DNA of 64,000 bases from Candidatus Omnitrophota bacterium (lineage in GTDB: Bacteria; Omnitrophota; Gorgyraeia; Zapsychrales; Zapsychraceae): positions 3,066 to 67,065 of the forward strand of contig JADFXQ010000005.1 of the NCBI GenBank assembly GCA_015233495.1, in the 5' to 3' direction. The number at the start of each line of letters is the position of its first letter. Within the stretch, counting starts at the first letter, position 1. Positions 49,264-60,258 of the stretch are shown piece after piece. The position numbers and the translations under genes were made by a program. The notes beneath the pieces are model-generated. The model was not told the origin of the DNA and searched no databases. It saw only the letters and a program-made list of their open reading frames with translations.

Positions 49264-50664
49264 TTATAAATATTTGCGCACATCCGCGATCTTCCCTTCA
49301 ATCGCCGCGGCTGCCGCCATTTCCGGACTCATCAGGTGAGTGCGGCCCCCGGGACCCATACGGCCTTCAAAATTGCGGTTGCTGGTCGCGGCGCAGCGAT
49401 CGCCCGGTTTGAGCTGATCTTCGTTCATGGCTAAACACATTGAGCAGCCGGCATAACGCCATTCAAATCCGGCGGCTTTAAATATTTTATCCAAGCCTTC
49501 TTTTTCTGCTTGTTGTTTGACTAAACCGGAGCCGGGCACTGCCAAAGCGCGGATCCCGGATTTGATTTTGCGATTTTCCAATATTTTTGCCGCGGCGCGG
49601 AAGTCTTCGATCCGGCCATTGGTGCAAGAGCCGATAAATACGGTATTAATGGCAATGTCCGTCAGCGCAGTGCCGGCGGCAAGCCCCATATATTTTAACG
49701 CGGCGGCATAAGCGGTTTTTTCAACAGAGTTTTGACATTGCTCCGGGTTGGGAACGCATCCCTCAATCGATGTCACATGTCCCGGGCTGGTGCCCCAGGT
49801 TACTTGGGGCAGAATAGTTTCCGCTTTAATTTCTAAGACGCGGTCGTATTTTGCGTCCGCGTCGCTCGGCAAGGTTTTCCAATAAGCCACGGCTTGATCC
49901 CACAGCCGGCCCTTAGGCGCGTGCGGTTTGCCTTTTAAATAAGCAAAAGTTATTTCATCCGGGGCGATCATCCCGGCTCGGGCGCCGGCTTCGATGCTCA
50001 TATTACAAACAGTCATGCGTCCTTCCATGCTTAAACCCCGGATCGCGCTTCCCGCGTATTCCACGACATAACCGGTCGCGCCTGACGTGCCGATTTGTCC
50101 GATAATGGATAAAATCAGATCTTTGGACGTAACGCCTTTACTCAGCCGGCCATCCACGCGGATGAGCATTGTCGGGGAGGCGTTTTGCTGTAAAGTCTGG
50201 GTAGCTAAAACGTGTTCGACTTCGGAAGTGCCGATGCCAAAGGCCAAAGCGCCGAAAGCGCCGTGCGTGGCAGTGTGTGAATCCCCGCAGACAATCACCA
50301 TCCCCGGCTGGGTGATTCCCTGCTCCGGACCAATGATATGAATGACGCCCTGTTGCGGGTCGGCAAAATCAAAGAGTTTGATGCCAAATTCTTGGGTGTT
50401 GCGTTTTAATATTTCCATCTGGGCTAACGACTGACCGGTAACGGCGCTCCAATCTTTGGTTGTGGTGGGCACATTGTGGTCCATGACGGCAAAGGTTTTC
50501 TTTGGACAACGGACCCGGCGGTGATTTTGTCGTAACGCCTCAAATGCCTGCGGGCTGGTGACTTCGTGGATTAAATGGCAATCGACGTAGATGAGCGCGG
50601 TATCGCCTTGGCTGGGACGAACCAGACGGCTTTCCCAGATTTTTTGATACATTGTTTTTTCCAT
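49264..50664 (-). CDS. leuC: 3-isopropylmalate dehydratase large subunit
   Basis: [42 protein letters not shown]. Confidence 0.97.
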   Translation of the reverse strand: MEKTMYQKIWESRLVRPSQGDTALIYVDCHLIHEVTSPQAFEALRQNHRRVRCPKKTFAVMDHNVPTTTKDWSAVTGQSLAQMEILKRNTQEFGIKLFDFADPQQGVIHIIGPEQGITQPGMVIVCGDSHTATHGAFGALAFGIGTSEVEHVLATQTLQQNASPTMLIRVDGRLSKGVTSKDLILSIIGQIGTSGATGYVVEYAGSAIRGLSMEGRMTVCNMSIEAGARAGMIAPDEITFAYLKGKPHAPKGRLWDQAVAYWKTLPSDADAKYDRVLEIKAETILPQVTWGTSPGHVTSIEGCVPNPEQCQNSVEKTAYAAALKYMGLAAGTALTDIAINTVFIGSCTNGRIEDFRAAAKILENRKIKSGIRALAVPGSGLVKQQAEKEGLDKIFKAAGFEWRYAGCSMCLAMNEDQLKPGDRCAATSNRNFEGRMGPGGRTHLMSPEMAAAAAIEGKIADVRKYL

Positions 50665-50672
50665 AATATGCC

Positions 50673-53393
50673 TCAACGAGATTTATAAAGAAATTTTTTA
50701 AGTACGGTCGGCAAAATACCGCCGTTGCGAAAATAGTCAATTTCCACGGGAGTATCCAGCCGGACGATTGCCGGGAACTTTATTGTCTGACCTCCCGGCG
50801 ACGTCGCGATGACCTGGATTCGTCCGCAAGGTTGCAAGAGTTCAGTGATTCCGTCAAAATTGAATGTTTCCTCTCCGGTAATCCCCAAACTGGCGGCGTT
50901 GGCCCCCTCCTCGAACTCCAGCGGCAAGACTCCCATGCCGGCCAAATTGCTGCGATGGATCCGCTCAAAACTTTGGGCGAGCACTACCCTTACGCCGAGC
51001 AACGCGGTTCCTTTTGCCGCCCAGTCGCGGCTGGAACCGGTGCCATATTCTTTGCCGGAGACAATCAGCAAAGGGGTCTGGGATTTTTGATACCAACTGG
51101 CTGCCGCGTAGATCGACATCAATTCCCGGGTTGGCCCATATTTGGTCCAACCACCTTCTTTGCCATCCGCCAAGAGATTATGTAATCGAATATTCGCGAA
51201 GGTGCCCCGGGTCATCACTTGATCATTCCCCCGTCGCGCGCCATAACTGTTGAAATTTTTAGGATTAACCCCGCGCGAAAGGAGATATTGGCCGGCCGGA
51301 CTTTCCACGGCAATCGCACCGGCCGGAGAGATATGGTCCGTGGTAATCGAATCGCCGAACATCGCTAAAATTTTTGCGTCCCGAATCGCGGGCGAAGTAA
51401 CGGTTAGCCGGTTTAAATTTTTAAAGAACGGAGGTTCTTGGATATAGGTACTTTTGGAATTCCAAGGATAAAGGGCTGATTTTTTAGCCTTAACCTTGTG
51501 CCACTCTTTGCTTCCATTATATACTGAACGGTATCGTTCGCGAAACCATTTTGTTTTTACGGATTTGAGGATTTGAGTGTTGATTTCGTTTTGCGTCGGC
51601 CAAAGGTCTTTTAAGAAAACTGGCTGGCCTTGGGGATCGATCCCCAGCGGCTCATGTTCAAAATCGATCCGCACTGTGCCGCTTAAGGCGTAAGCGATTA
51701 CCAAAGCCGGACTTGCCAAATAATTCGCTTTTGCGTGCGGGCTGACCCGGCCTTCAAAATTACGGTTTCCGCTTAATACGGCTGCGGCGATCAGCTTGCC
51801 GTTTTTTATTGCCGAGGCTACTTCCGCGGATAAAGGCCCGCTATTGCCGATGCAGGTCGCGCAGCCATAGCCGACAATATGAAATTTGAGTTTTTCCAAA
51901 TAGGACAATAAACCGGCGGCGGACAAATAATCCTGCGCGACTTGCGACCCGGGAGCGAAAGAAGTTTTCACATAAGATTTTACCCTCAGCCCTTTTTCTA
52001 CGGCTTTTTTGGCCAAAAGCCCGGCGCTGATCAACACCGCAGGGTTGGAAGTATTAGTGCAACTGGTGATCGAGGCCAAAACTACCTGACCGTGGCCTAA
52101 GGCGACGTTCTCTCCTGTGCCGAGCTTTTGCTGATGATGCAAATCTTGGGGATTTAGGCCATAACCCCGTTGTTGGGTAGGCAGAGCTAAGCATTCTTCA
52201 AAAGATTTTTTTACGTCGTTTAATAAAACCCGGTCTTGCGGCCGCTTGGGTCCGGCGACGCATGGCTGAACCGTGGATAAATCAAACTGGACAGTGTCAG
52301 TGAAAGCCGGAATGGGATCTCCTGATTGATAAAATAATCCCTGGATTTTCAGGTATTTTTCCAGCAAACGGATTTGGGATTCTTTACGCCCGGTTAAGCG
52401 GTAATAATGCAGGGTTTCCGCGTCGATTGGAAAGATCCCGATCGTCGCGCCGTATTCCGGAGCCATATTGGATATGGTCGCCCGGTCCGGCAAGGTCAAA
52501 TGTCGCAATCCGTCGCCAAAAAATTCAACGAATTTTCCTACCACGCCTTTTTTGCGTAAGAGGGCCGTGATGGTCAAAACCAGATCCGTAGCGGTGACAG
52601 CGGGTTTAAGACAACCGGTTAATTTTACTCCGACGACTTCCGGCAAAAGCATGGTTAAAGGCTCTCCCAGCATCACTGCTTCCGCTTCAATCCCGCCCAC
52701 TCCCCATCCGACAATGCCTAAACCATTGATCATGGTTGTATGACTGTCCGTGCCGACTAAGGTATCAGGAAAAACCAGGGTCGCTTTACCGGTTCGTTTT
52801 TTTAAAACACCTTGAGCGAGATATTCCAGGTTAACTTGATGGATGATTCCTGTCGCGGGCGGGATGACTGAAAAATTTTTAAAAGCGTTTTTACCCCATT
52901 TTAAAAAGGCGTAACGTTCGCGGTTGCGTTGAAATTCCAGCCGCACGTTTTTCGCCATCGCCGCGGGCGTGCCGGCATAATCAACCTGCAAGGAATGATC
53001 AATCACCAGATCACAAGGCACGCCGGGATTGATTTTTTTGATGTCCCCGCCCAGACGTTGGATCGCCCAGCGCATGGCCGCGAGATCCGCCACGCAAGGC
53101 ACGCCGGTAAAATCTTGCAAGAGAACCCGGCCGGGTTTAAAGGCGATTTCCGGTTGCCGCGACATCTTAGGCGACCAGCTCAAAATGTTTTTAATATCGT
53201 TAAGGGTAACCTGATAATTGTCGCAATTGCGCGCCGCATTTTCCAAAAGGATTTTGATGGAAAATGGCAAGGCGGATGTGGAACCCAGAACGGATTTGCC
53301 CAATTGTTTTAAAGAAAAATATTGATAATTTCGTCTGTCAAGCTGAAATGTGCGCAAAACCGAACCTGGGTTAAATGAAGTCGCTGGTTTCAT
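50673..53393 (-). CDS. acnA: Aconitate hydratase A
   Basis: [54 protein letters not shown]. Confidence 0.96.
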   Translation of the reverse strand: MKPATSFNPGSVLRTFQLDRRNYQYFSLKQLGKSVLGSTSALPFSIKILLENAARNCDNYQVTLNDIKNILSWSPKMSRQPEIAFKPGRVLLQDFTGVPCVADLAAMRWAIQRLGGDIKKINPGVPCDLVIDHSLQVDYAGTPAAMAKNVRLEFQRNRERYAFLKWGKNAFKNFSVIPPATGIIHQVNLEYLAQGVLKKRTGKATLVFPDTLVGTDSHTTMINGLGIVGWGVGGIEAEAVMLGEPLTMLLPEVVGVKLTGCLKPAVTATDLVLTITALLRKKGVVGKFVEFFGDGLRHLTLPDRATISNMAPEYGATIGIFPIDAETLHYYRLTGRKESQIRLLEKYLKIQGLFYQSGDPIPAFTDTVQFDLSTVQPCVAGPKRPQDRVLLNDVKKSFEECLALPTQQRGYGLNPQDLHHQQKLGTGENVALGHGQVVLASITSCTNTSNPAVLISAGLLAKKAVEKGLRVKSYVKTSFAPGSQVAQDYLSAAGLLSYLEKLKFHIVGYGCATCIGNSGPLSAEVASAIKNGKLIAAAVLSGNRNFEGRVSPHAKANYLASPALVIAYALSGTVRIDFEHEPLGIDPQGQPVFLKDLWPTQNEINTQILKSVKTKWFRERYRSVYNGSKEWHKVKAKKSALYPWNSKSTYIQEPPFFKNLNRLTVTSPAIRDAKILAMFGDSITTDHISPAGAIAVESPAGQYLLSRGVNPKNFNSYGARRGNDQVMTRGTFANIRLHNLLADGKEGGWTKYGPTRELMSIYAAASWYQKSQTPLLIVSGKEYGTGSSRDWAAKGTALLGVRVVLAQSFERIHRSNLAGMGVLPLEFEEGANAASLGITGEETFNFDGITELLQPCGRIQVIATSPGGQTIKFPAIVRLDTPVEIDYFRNGGILPTVLKKFLYKSR

Positions 53394-53431
53394 CCGGGAT
53401 CCTTTGCAAAATGGTATATATGAATTTTGCT

Positions 53432-53460
53432 ATTATATAGAAATGATCAAAGACCGTCAA
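53432..53460 (-). promoter_or_regulatory. Sigma-70 promoter of the acnA-leuC-leuD-aroC run
   Basis: TTGACG-17-TATAAT on the minus strand. Confidence 0.75.
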
Positions 53461-53488
53461 TAAGCAGACCGGCAAAACAGACAGGCAA

Positions 53489-54013
53489 TCACGGCAGGAG
53501 TAAATCCGCGATGCTGCGGCTGAAGGGGAGCGCGTGTGCCGGACCGTCCGCGGTCACGATGGAACCGTCGACCGTGACTTCCTGCCCTGTGTAATCCGCG
53601 CCATTGGCTTTAAGCAGAGATTGTTCATCCATCCAAACAGTGGCTTTTTTCCCCTGGAGAACTCCGGCTTTGGCAAGCGTGACTGGCGCGATGCAAATCG
53701 CGGCCAATACTTTATGCGCGAAGAGCGTGTCCCGGGCGATGCGGTGCGCGGCGGGGTCGTCCCAATATTGTTCCGCTCCTCCCCCGCCGACAAAAATGAC
53801 CGCGTCATAGAAAACTGGGTTTATCGTTGTGTAGAGTATATCGGGACGGATAGCCGCGCCGAGCATACCGGTCACGGTTGCAGTTGTGGAAGAAGCGATG
53901 GTTACTTGCGCGCCTAAATTTTGGAAATAGGCGCGGGGCACGAGTAATTCTTCATCCCGGAAATCGTGCGCCGCGATGATCATGACGATTTTTTTTCCGG
54001 TTAATGTTTTCAT
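53489..54013 (-). CDS. DJ-1/PfpI family protein
   Basis: FRDEEL, FVGGGG, AAICIAP, VTADGP. Confidence 0.9.
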   Translation of the reverse strand: MKTLTGKKIVMIIAAHDFRDEELLVPRAYFQNLGAQVTIASSTTATVTGMLGAAIRPDILYTTINPVFYDAVIFVGGGGAEQYWDDPAAHRIARDTLFAHKVLAAICIAPVTLAKAGVLQGKKATVWMDEQSLLKANGADYTGQEVTVDGSIVTADGPAHALPFSRSIADLLLP

Positions 54014-54071
54014 AGGACTCCCTTCTCCTATCCGGGCGCCGAGTGATACAAGAAAAAACAACGCGAAGAGA

Positions 54072-54368
54072 TCAATTATTCCCCGGCATATTGAATTTTT
54101 TAATGCTGAGCAGAATGCGGTTTTCATCTGGTTTATGGAATTGAGCGATAAAACGGTTGAGATTCTTGTCTTTTTCCGAAATCACCCGCTCCAAATGGTT
54201 GATTTCGCCGGTTAAAGAATCAATTTTCTCTTTGAGTATTTTGCGGGCAAGACGGGCGCGGTTTTTGAAAAAAAGATGCAGGACTGCCATGGTTAAAAAT
54301 CCAAAAAGAAAAAAACCCAGATGAAAAAGCAAGTCGAAGTTGAAGAAAGATCCTGAGAGATTATTCAT
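54072..54368 (-). CDS. Hypothetical membrane-anchored coiled-coil protein
   Basis: TM helix followed by a charged helix. Confidence 0.55.
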   Translation of the reverse strand: MNNLSGSFFNFDLLFHLGFFLFGFLTMAVLHLFFKNRARLARKILKEKIDSLTGEINHLERVISEKDKNLNRFIAQFHKPDENRILLSIKKFNMPGNN

Positions 54369-54400
54369 GGTTAGCTCAAGGGCGGCGCAGCGGGAGCCGT

Positions 54401-54583
54401 TTATTTTTGGTTTGGAGCAAAGATGTCCGTTTCCGCTTTTTGTTTTTCTTTGAGTTTGTTTTTTTCAACCAGTCCTTGGGTGCCGAGGATGAGGCCGGCA
54501 ATCAATAAAATGGGGATAAAAATAAAAGCGATAATTACCCAAGGGTGGGGTTTCCGGGTACGAGGATTGTAAAACATGGACAT
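54401..54583 (-). CDS. Small single-TM hypothetical protein
   Basis: 60 aa, one TM helix, RBS AAGGGGG. Confidence 0.55.
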   Translation of the reverse strand: MSMFYNPRTRKPHPWVIIAFIFIPILLIAGLILGTQGLVEKNKLKEKQKAETDIFAPNQK

Positions 54584-54698
54584 AAGACCCCCTTATCGAA
54601 TGCGCTGCGTGTCAACACTATCAATTTTTGCGGAGCATTTTTATATTATCAGGAAAACGCCGGACGTCAAGATAGGGTTGGGAATTTCATTCTAGAGG

Positions 54699-55472
54699 CT
54701 ACCCGGCGTTAAAAATTTCAATTCCTACCGGACAATGATCGGACCCGGATACCTGTTTTAAGATGAAAGCGTTTTTGAGCTGCGGGAGAATGTTTTCTGA
54801 AACAAAAAAATAATCGATTCGCCAGCCGATATCGCGTTCCCGGGCCTTGGTTTTATAGTCCCACCAGGAATAATGCCCTCCCTGTTTTTCAAAATGGCGG
54901 AACGTGTCAATATAACCGTGGGAAATCAATTTGGAGACCCAAGCCCGTTCTTCGGGTAAAAACCCCGTGTTTTTTTGGTTTTCTTTCGGACGGGACAGAT
55001 CGATTTCCGTATGCGCGGTGTTCACGTCCCCGCAGAGGATAATCGATTTTCCCTGTTTTTTTAATTGATCCGCTTTTTTCAGAAACGCGTCGTAAAACGC
55101 CATTTTAAACGGGACCCGTTTGTTCCCGGCCCCGCCGTTGGGAAAATAAATGTTGAACAAAACAAAATCCGGGAATTCCAGCATCAATGTCCGGCCTTCC
55201 GCGTCGAATTCCTTGAGGCCGAGACCGGTTTGAACTTTTAACGGCTGGTGTTTGGTCAAGACGCCGACCCCGCTATATCCTTTTTTCTCCGCCGTGTCCC
55301 AGTACATATGATAATTGGAAAGCTGTTTCAGCTCCGGAGGAATCTGATCAGGATGGCATTTGGTTTCTTGCAGGCAGAGAATATCCGGCGATTCTTGGTT
55401 AAGCCAAGAAAGAAAATCTTTTTTCAAGACGGCCCGCAGGCCGTTAACGTTCCAACTGATGAGCCGCATCAT
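54699..55472 (-). CDS. xth: Exodeoxyribonuclease III
   Basis: SWNVNGLRA, LQETK, GYSGV, GDVNTAH, WRIDY, SDHCP. Confidence 0.96.
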   Translation of the reverse strand: MMRLISWNVNGLRAVLKKDFLSWLNQESPDILCLQETKCHPDQIPPELKQLSNYHMYWDTAEKKGYSGVGVLTKHQPLKVQTGLGLKEFDAEGRTLMLEFPDFVLFNIYFPNGGAGNKRVPFKMAFYDAFLKKADQLKKQGKSIILCGDVNTAHTEIDLSRPKENQKNTGFLPEERAWVSKLISHGYIDTFRHFEKQGGHYSWWDYKTKARERDIGWRIDYFFVSENILPQLKNAFILKQVSGSDHCPVGIEIFNAG

Positions 55473-55508
55473 TAAATTTTTTGAACAGGGCTTTGTTTGA
55501 ATATTTCA

Positions 55509-55922
55509 TTATAGAATATCAATCTTTAAATCATGAGCGGCTTTGATCATCGGAGAATCAAAAGTCGCCAAAGGAATTTTTTCGCGTGCCGCTAAATGCA
55601 AATAGGAAGCGTCATACACGGTTAAATGATGTTCCCTTGCCAAATGATAACAGGCCAACCAACCGGCCTCTTTGATTGAAAAACGGTCAGTTTGAATTGG
55701 CAGCTGTTTTAAAAATCCTAAAAAAATGACTACATCTTCCAAAGAAATTCGCTTGCGTCGTTCGGCCATCAAAAGGCCATTGGCAATCTCAAAAGGCCAT
55801 AATGCCGGAGTTAACGCCACGGCGGTATTCAAATTTTGAAGAATGCGCTGGGAATGAGCGGATTGTTCATCTTCGAAACACCAGCTCATCACTACGGAAT
55901 CATCAATGACAAATTTTTTCAC
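55509..55922 (-). CDS. vapC: VapC PIN-domain toxin
   Basis: FVIDDSV, EIAN, YDASYL, LATFD. Confidence 0.88.
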   Translation of the reverse strand: MKKFVIDDSVVMSWCFEDEQSAHSQRILQNLNTAVALTPALWPFEIANGLLMAERRKRISLEDVVIFLGFLKQLPIQTDRFSIKEAGWLACYHLAREHHLTVYDASYLHLAAREKIPLATFDSPMIKAAHDLKIDIL

Positions 55923-56161
55923 AATCTGCGTCCCTGTTGGATCCAGGCGCGGGATTGAGCCTGGGAACTTTTGCGCTTTTTCCGAAATTTCAAAATAGCG
56001 TCAATTGTTTGAGCAATGGATCCTTTGTCCTGGGTGTTGACTGGGGAGATTTTCGCGATGAGCTGGCCGCGGCGGGTAATGAGAACCTCCTGGCCTTGAA
56101 TGACTTGTTCCATAATCGCGGAAAAATGAGTCTTGGCATCAAAAATACCGATGGTTTGCAT
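55919..56161 (-). CDS. Phd/YefM-family antitoxin
   Basis: MQTIGIFDAKTHFS...GQEVLITRRG; stop overlaps the vapC start. Confidence 0.88.
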   Translation of the reverse strand: MQTIGIFDAKTHFSAIMEQVIQGQEVLITRRGQLIAKISPVNTQDKGSIAQTIDAILKFRKKRKSSQAQSRAWIQQGRRL

Positions 56162-56174
56162 GGCAGTCTCCGAT

Positions 56175-56223
56175 CTAGTTATCTGACTAGTTAGAACATA
56201 CCATAACCAGGATTCGCTGTCAA
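56175..56223 (-). promoter_or_regulatory. TA promoter with repeated operator
   Basis: TTGACA-17-TATGTT followed by TAACTAG twice. Confidence 0.65.
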
Positions 56224-57332
56224 GATTGATAAGAGAAAACCCCTGAGCAGGAAGTTTTGCAAAATGAGCAATGGCCGGTTTCATCCAATTGATAGTCGGT
56301 TATTTTATAACCGGTTCGCCGGATGATGAGCTGGCCGCATTGCTGACAAACCGTGGGGGTTTCGTCGTTTTGGGAGACGTTTCCCAGATATACAAAGCGC
56401 AGACCTGATTGTTGGGCGATGTCCCGGGCGGTTTTAAGGGTTTCGATGGGTGTCACGTTGTTGTCTAAGAGACGATAATCCGGGTGAAACGCGGAAAAAT
56501 GGATTGGCACATCCCTCCCCAATTCCGCGGCGATCCATTGGCACATGGACCGGATTTCGTCGGGATTGTCATTCGCGCCGGGGATTAAGAGGTTCGTGAT
56601 TTCTAACCAAGTTTTGGTGGACGTATGAATATAACGTAAAGTTTCCAATACGGGTTGTAAATGCGCGTTGCAATATTTTTGGTAAAACGCTTCTGAAAAG
56701 CCTTTCAAATCGACATTGGTCGCGTCCATGCACTCAAAAAATTCTTTGCGGGCCGGCGCTTGGATATATCCATTGGTGACCGCAACGGTTTTGAGCCTGT
56801 GTTCGCGGCAGGCTTGCGCGATATGGATCGCGAATTCGGAGAATATCACCGGTTCATTATAGGTAAAGGCGACGCTGGCGCAGTCATGGTCTTGGGCCGC
56901 GGCTATGATAAGGGCCGCGGTGACAGGCTGCATGGGTTGTTCGGTTTTAGCAAAAGCCCAGTTTTGACAAAACGAACAGCCTAAGTTACAGCCGACTGTG
57001 CCAAACGACAGGATTTTCGACCCGGGTAAAAAGTGATACAGCGGTTTTTTTTCTATCGGGTCAACCGCCAATCCGGTGGTGTGATTGAACGCGGTCGTGA
57101 CTAAATTGCCGGCGAGATTTTTCCGAACAAAGCAGAATCCGCTGGCATTTTGGTCGATCACGCAGGCCCGGGGACACAGGTCGCATTGTATCAGTTTACC
57201 GTTTAGCGGGTGCCAAAATTGGGCGGGATGATGAGCAAGTGTTGAAATAATAAAAATCCTTTTAGGCCGCTGTTTTGCTTCTGTAGGAACGCCCTTTGTC
57301 CGATCGCGCCAGAAAGACGGGCGTTCGTACAA
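56220..57332 (-). CDS. amrS: AmmeMemoRadiSam system radical SAM enzyme
   Basis: CDLCPRAC, GFCFVR, DPIEKKPLYHF, CNLGCSFCQN, YNEP, FSAFHP. True start uncertain. Confidence 0.9.
   Translation of the reverse strand: MYERPSFWRDRTKGVPTEAKQRPKRIFIISTLAHHPAQFWHPLNGKLIQCDLCPRACVIDQNASGFCFVRKNLAGNLVTTAFNHTTGLAVDPIEKKPLYHFLPGSKILSFGTVGCNLGCSFCQNWAFAKTEQPMQPVTAALIIAAAQDHDCASVAFTYNEPVIFSEFAIHIAQACREHRLKTVAVTNGYIQAPARKEFFECMDATNVDLKGFSEAFYQKYCNAHLQPVLETLRYIHTSTKTWLEITNLLIPGANDNPDEIRSMCQWIAAELGRDVPIHFSAFHPDYRLLDNNVTPIETLKTARDIAQQSGLRFVYLGNVSQNDETPTVCQQCGQLIIRRTGYKITDYQLDETGHCSFCKTSCSGVFSYQS
57283..57330. repeat. Degenerate REP-like copy
   Basis: GTAGGAACGCCCTTTGTCCGATCGCGCCAGAAAGACGGGCGTTCGTAC shares the CGCGCCAGA..GACGGGCG core. 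Confidence 0.55.
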
Positions 57333-57341
57333 AATAGATGA

Positions 57342-58832
57342 TCAACTTTGCAGTAAGGCATTGATCGCTTGGGCGGCGCGGCGGCCTTGGCCCATGGCTA
57401 GGATAACTGTGGCCGAGCCGAGTACAATATCGCCGCCAGCGTAAACTCCTGGGATAGAGGTTCGGCTGTTTTCATCCGTGATAACTCGGCCTCGGCTGTC
57501 GGTTGCTAATCCGGGCGTGGTTTGCCGCAGCAAAGGATGCGGTTCATTGCCAATGGCGACAATAACCGTGTCCACCTCGCGGATAAATTCACTGCCTTTA
57601 ATTTCTACAGGCCGCGGCCGGCCGGAAGAGTCGGGTTCTCCGAGTTCATAACGTAAACATTGCATGGATTTGACCCGGCCTTGGTTATCGCCATAAATCT
57701 GTTTAACATTTTCCAGAAATTGAAAAACCACGCCTTCTTCCCGGGCGTGCGCGATTTCTTCCTGCCGGGCGGGCATTTCCGGTTGGGTACGACGATAAAT
57801 CACTTGGACTTCCGCGGCTCCCAGACGCAAAGCCATGCGGGCCGCGTCTAACGCGACATTGCCGCCGCCCAGCACTGCGACATTTTTGGATAAAAACGCC
57901 GGCGTGTCGGCTTTATTGCGGTCATAGGCTTTCATCAGATTCGCGCGGGTTAAATATTCATTCGCGGAAAAAACCCCGACTAAATTTTCACCGGGAATAT
58001 TCATAAATTTGGGCAGTCCCGCGCCGGCGCCGATAAACATCGCGGCAAATCCGTGTTTTTGGCGTAAATCCGATAGCGACCGGGTCCGGCCGACGATAAA
58101 GTCAGTGACCACCGCAACGCCTATGGATTTTAAAGTATTGATTTCATTTTTGACAATTTGTTTGGGCAGACGAAATTCCGGGATGCCGTAAACCAAAACG
58201 CCACCGGGTTTATGGAAAGCTTCGAATAAAGTCACGCTGTGTCCGGCACGGCAAAGCTCGGCTGCCGCCGTGATCCCGGCCGGTCCGCTGCCGATCACCG
58301 CGATTTTTTTTCCGGTCGATGTTTTGACGCTCGGCGAACCGCCCCCTTTATTCACTTGTTCCCAATCCGCGACAAAGCGTTCCAAACGGCCGATCGACAC
58401 TGCTTGCTGAATATCTTTAAGGGCCAATCCCACCGTACAATGTTCCTGACACTGATTTTCTTGCGGGCAGACCCGGCCGCATACGGCAGGCAATAAACTG
58501 CTCTTTTTAATGATATCGATCGCCGCTTGAAAATCCGCGTCTTGGATGGCTTTGATAAACCGGGGGATATCAATGGCCACCGGACACCCGGTCACGCAGG
58601 GTTTGTTTGGACATTGCAGACAGCGCGCCGCTTCGATCATGGCCTGCTCTAGGGTATAACCCGCAGTCACTTCTTCGACATTGGTTTTGCGGATCCGCGG
58701 ATCTTGGCAGGGCATATCTTGCGGCGGGATCTTGAGACGTTCCTTAAGCGTCAGCTCTTCGGCTTTGGGCCCCAAGCTGTCCCAAATTTTTTTCGCGTTC
58801 AAGCTGAGCTCGGAAAACGATTTGTGCGTCAT
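57342..58832 (-). CDS. nfnB: NfnB / GltD-like NADPH-dependent flavoprotein subunit
   Basis: RCLQC...CVTGCPV, CGRVCPQENQC, GSGPAG, YGIPEFRL, GGGNVALD, AGGD. Confidence 0.85.
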   Translation of the reverse strand: MTHKSFSELSLNAKKIWDSLGPKAEELTLKERLKIPPQDMPCQDPRIRKTNVEEVTAGYTLEQAMIEAARCLQCPNKPCVTGCPVAIDIPRFIKAIQDADFQAAIDIIKKSSLLPAVCGRVCPQENQCQEHCTVGLALKDIQQAVSIGRLERFVADWEQVNKGGGSPSVKTSTGKKIAVIGSGPAGITAAAELCRAGHSVTLFEAFHKPGGVLVYGIPEFRLPKQIVKNEINTLKSIGVAVVTDFIVGRTRSLSDLRQKHGFAAMFIGAGAGLPKFMNIPGENLVGVFSANEYLTRANLMKAYDRNKADTPAFLSKNVAVLGGGNVALDAARMALRLGAAEVQVIYRRTQPEMPARQEEIAHAREEGVVFQFLENVKQIYGDNQGRVKSMQCLRYELGEPDSSGRPRPVEIKGSEFIREVDTVIVAIGNEPHPLLRQTTPGLATDSRGRVITDENSRTSIPGVYAGGDIVLGSATVILAMGQGRRAAQAINALLQS

Positions 58833-58839
58833 AAAGATT

Positions 58840-59679
58840 TTATAAACCGATTTTGCATTGGTGCCGCGCTGTTTCTTCTTGAGGATGATAAGCTTTTAAC
58901 CGTTGGATCATATTGTCGAAATCAACGCGATGACCGTCGAATTCGGGGCCGTCCACGCAAACGAATTTTGTGGTGTTGTCCACCGAGACGCGGCAGCCGC
59001 CGCACATGCCGGTGCCGTCCACCATAATAGTATTGAGCGATACAACCGTCGGGACAGCAAAAGGCCGGGTGGTTTCCGCGCAAAATTTCATCATAATCGG
59101 CGGACCGATCGCCACCACCAAATCCGGACGAGGATTTTTTTGGCAAAGTTCCAAGAGCGGCGCGGTCACTAAAGCCTTTTGCCCGGATGTCCCATCGTCA
59201 GTGCAGATGATCAGGTCAGCGGCGATCGACGCTAGTTCTTTTTCTAAAATTAATAAATTTTTGGTTCGGGCTCCCAGAATAACGATCAGTTTATTGCCCG
59301 CGGCTTGCATTGCTTGGGCAATCGGGTAAAGCGGCGCCGCGCCGATTCCGCCGCCAATGCAGACCACGGCGCCGAACCGGGCGATATGGGTCGGCTGTCC
59401 CAAAGGTCCGAGGATATGCGCGATGGTGTCCCCTTCGCGTTTTTCCGCCAACTGCCGCGTGGTTTTGCCAACCCGCTGGAAAATCAACGTGATACTGCCC
59501 TCTTGAAGATCAGCGTCGGCAATTGTCAGCGGAATTCGTTCGCTGTAATCATCGTCCAATTGTAAAATGATGAATTGCCCGGGCTTTCTTTCCGACGCGA
59601 TAAGCGCCGCGGAAACTTTCAACCGGAAAATATCATCGGCTAAACGTTCTTTTTTGAGGATAGTGTGTTGGGAATGCAT
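58840..59679 (-). CDS. nfnA: NfnA / PyrK-like FAD and [2Fe-2S] subunit
   Basis: PGQFII, ERIPLT, GPLG, GGGIG, MVDGTGMCGGCR, CVDGPEF. Confidence 0.85.
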   Translation of the reverse strand: MHSQHTILKKERLADDIFRLKVSAALIASERKPGQFIILQLDDDYSERIPLTIADADLQEGSITLIFQRVGKTTRQLAEKREGDTIAHILGPLGQPTHIARFGAVVCIGGGIGAAPLYPIAQAMQAAGNKLIVILGARTKNLLILEKELASIAADLIICTDDGTSGQKALVTAPLLELCQKNPRPDLVVAIGPPIMMKFCAETTRPFAVPTVVSLNTIMVDGTGMCGGCRVSVDNTTKFVCVDGPEFDGHRVDFDNMIQRLKAYHPQEETARHQCKIGL

Positions 59680-59682
59680 TTA

Positions 59683-60258
59683 TCAAGATCGGGTTAGAAA
59701 CCCGGCATATTTTTCAATGGTTAATCGGGTCTTTTCATCCAACGCCTGAGCGTATTTTTGGTCGGTAACGTAAACAATGCCGTAAGGACAAACGCTTTGT
59801 CCGGGAAGCAGTTGATTCGGCACCGGGACAGGGATCATGCCCATGTGACAAGCGTAACAATGAATGTTTTGCAAGCACAAATTAGCGCCGTTTTCCGTTG
59901 ACCCGGCAGAAGTAAACGCCGCCAAACGTTTTCCAGCATAACGTGAATGGAACCAATGCACAGCAGTCGCGTCCATAAATGTTTTCATTTGGCCGGAGAC
60001 ATTGCCAAAATAGGTGGGCGACCCGATGATCACTAGATCCGCGTTTAATAAATCATCCGGCAGGGCAACCGGTAACTGGTTCATTTCCGATAACAGCTCT
60101 TGCGCGTCTGCCGGGGTATCTGATTGGGGTGTCCATCCGGGGTCGGCGACACGCCGAAAAAGGCAGTCGTGTCCGAGCGCGGTGCAAGCCTGAAGCATCG
60201 ATTTCGCCACCAAGTAAGTGTGGCCGCAAACACTGTGGACAACAATAACAATATTCAT
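59683..60258 (-). CDS. WrbA-like flavodoxin-fold protein
   Basis: HSVCGHT, GSPTYFGNVSGQMKTFMD, AAFTS. Confidence 0.85.
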   Translation of the reverse strand: MNIVIVVHSVCGHTYLVAKSMLQACTALGHDCLFRRVADPGWTPQSDTPADAQELLSEMNQLPVALPDDLLNADLVIIGSPTYFGNVSGQMKTFMDATAVHWFHSRYAGKRLAAFTSAGSTENGANLCLQNIHCYACHMGMIPVPVPNQLLPGQSVCPYGIVYVTDQKYAQALDEKTRLTIEKYAGFLTRS

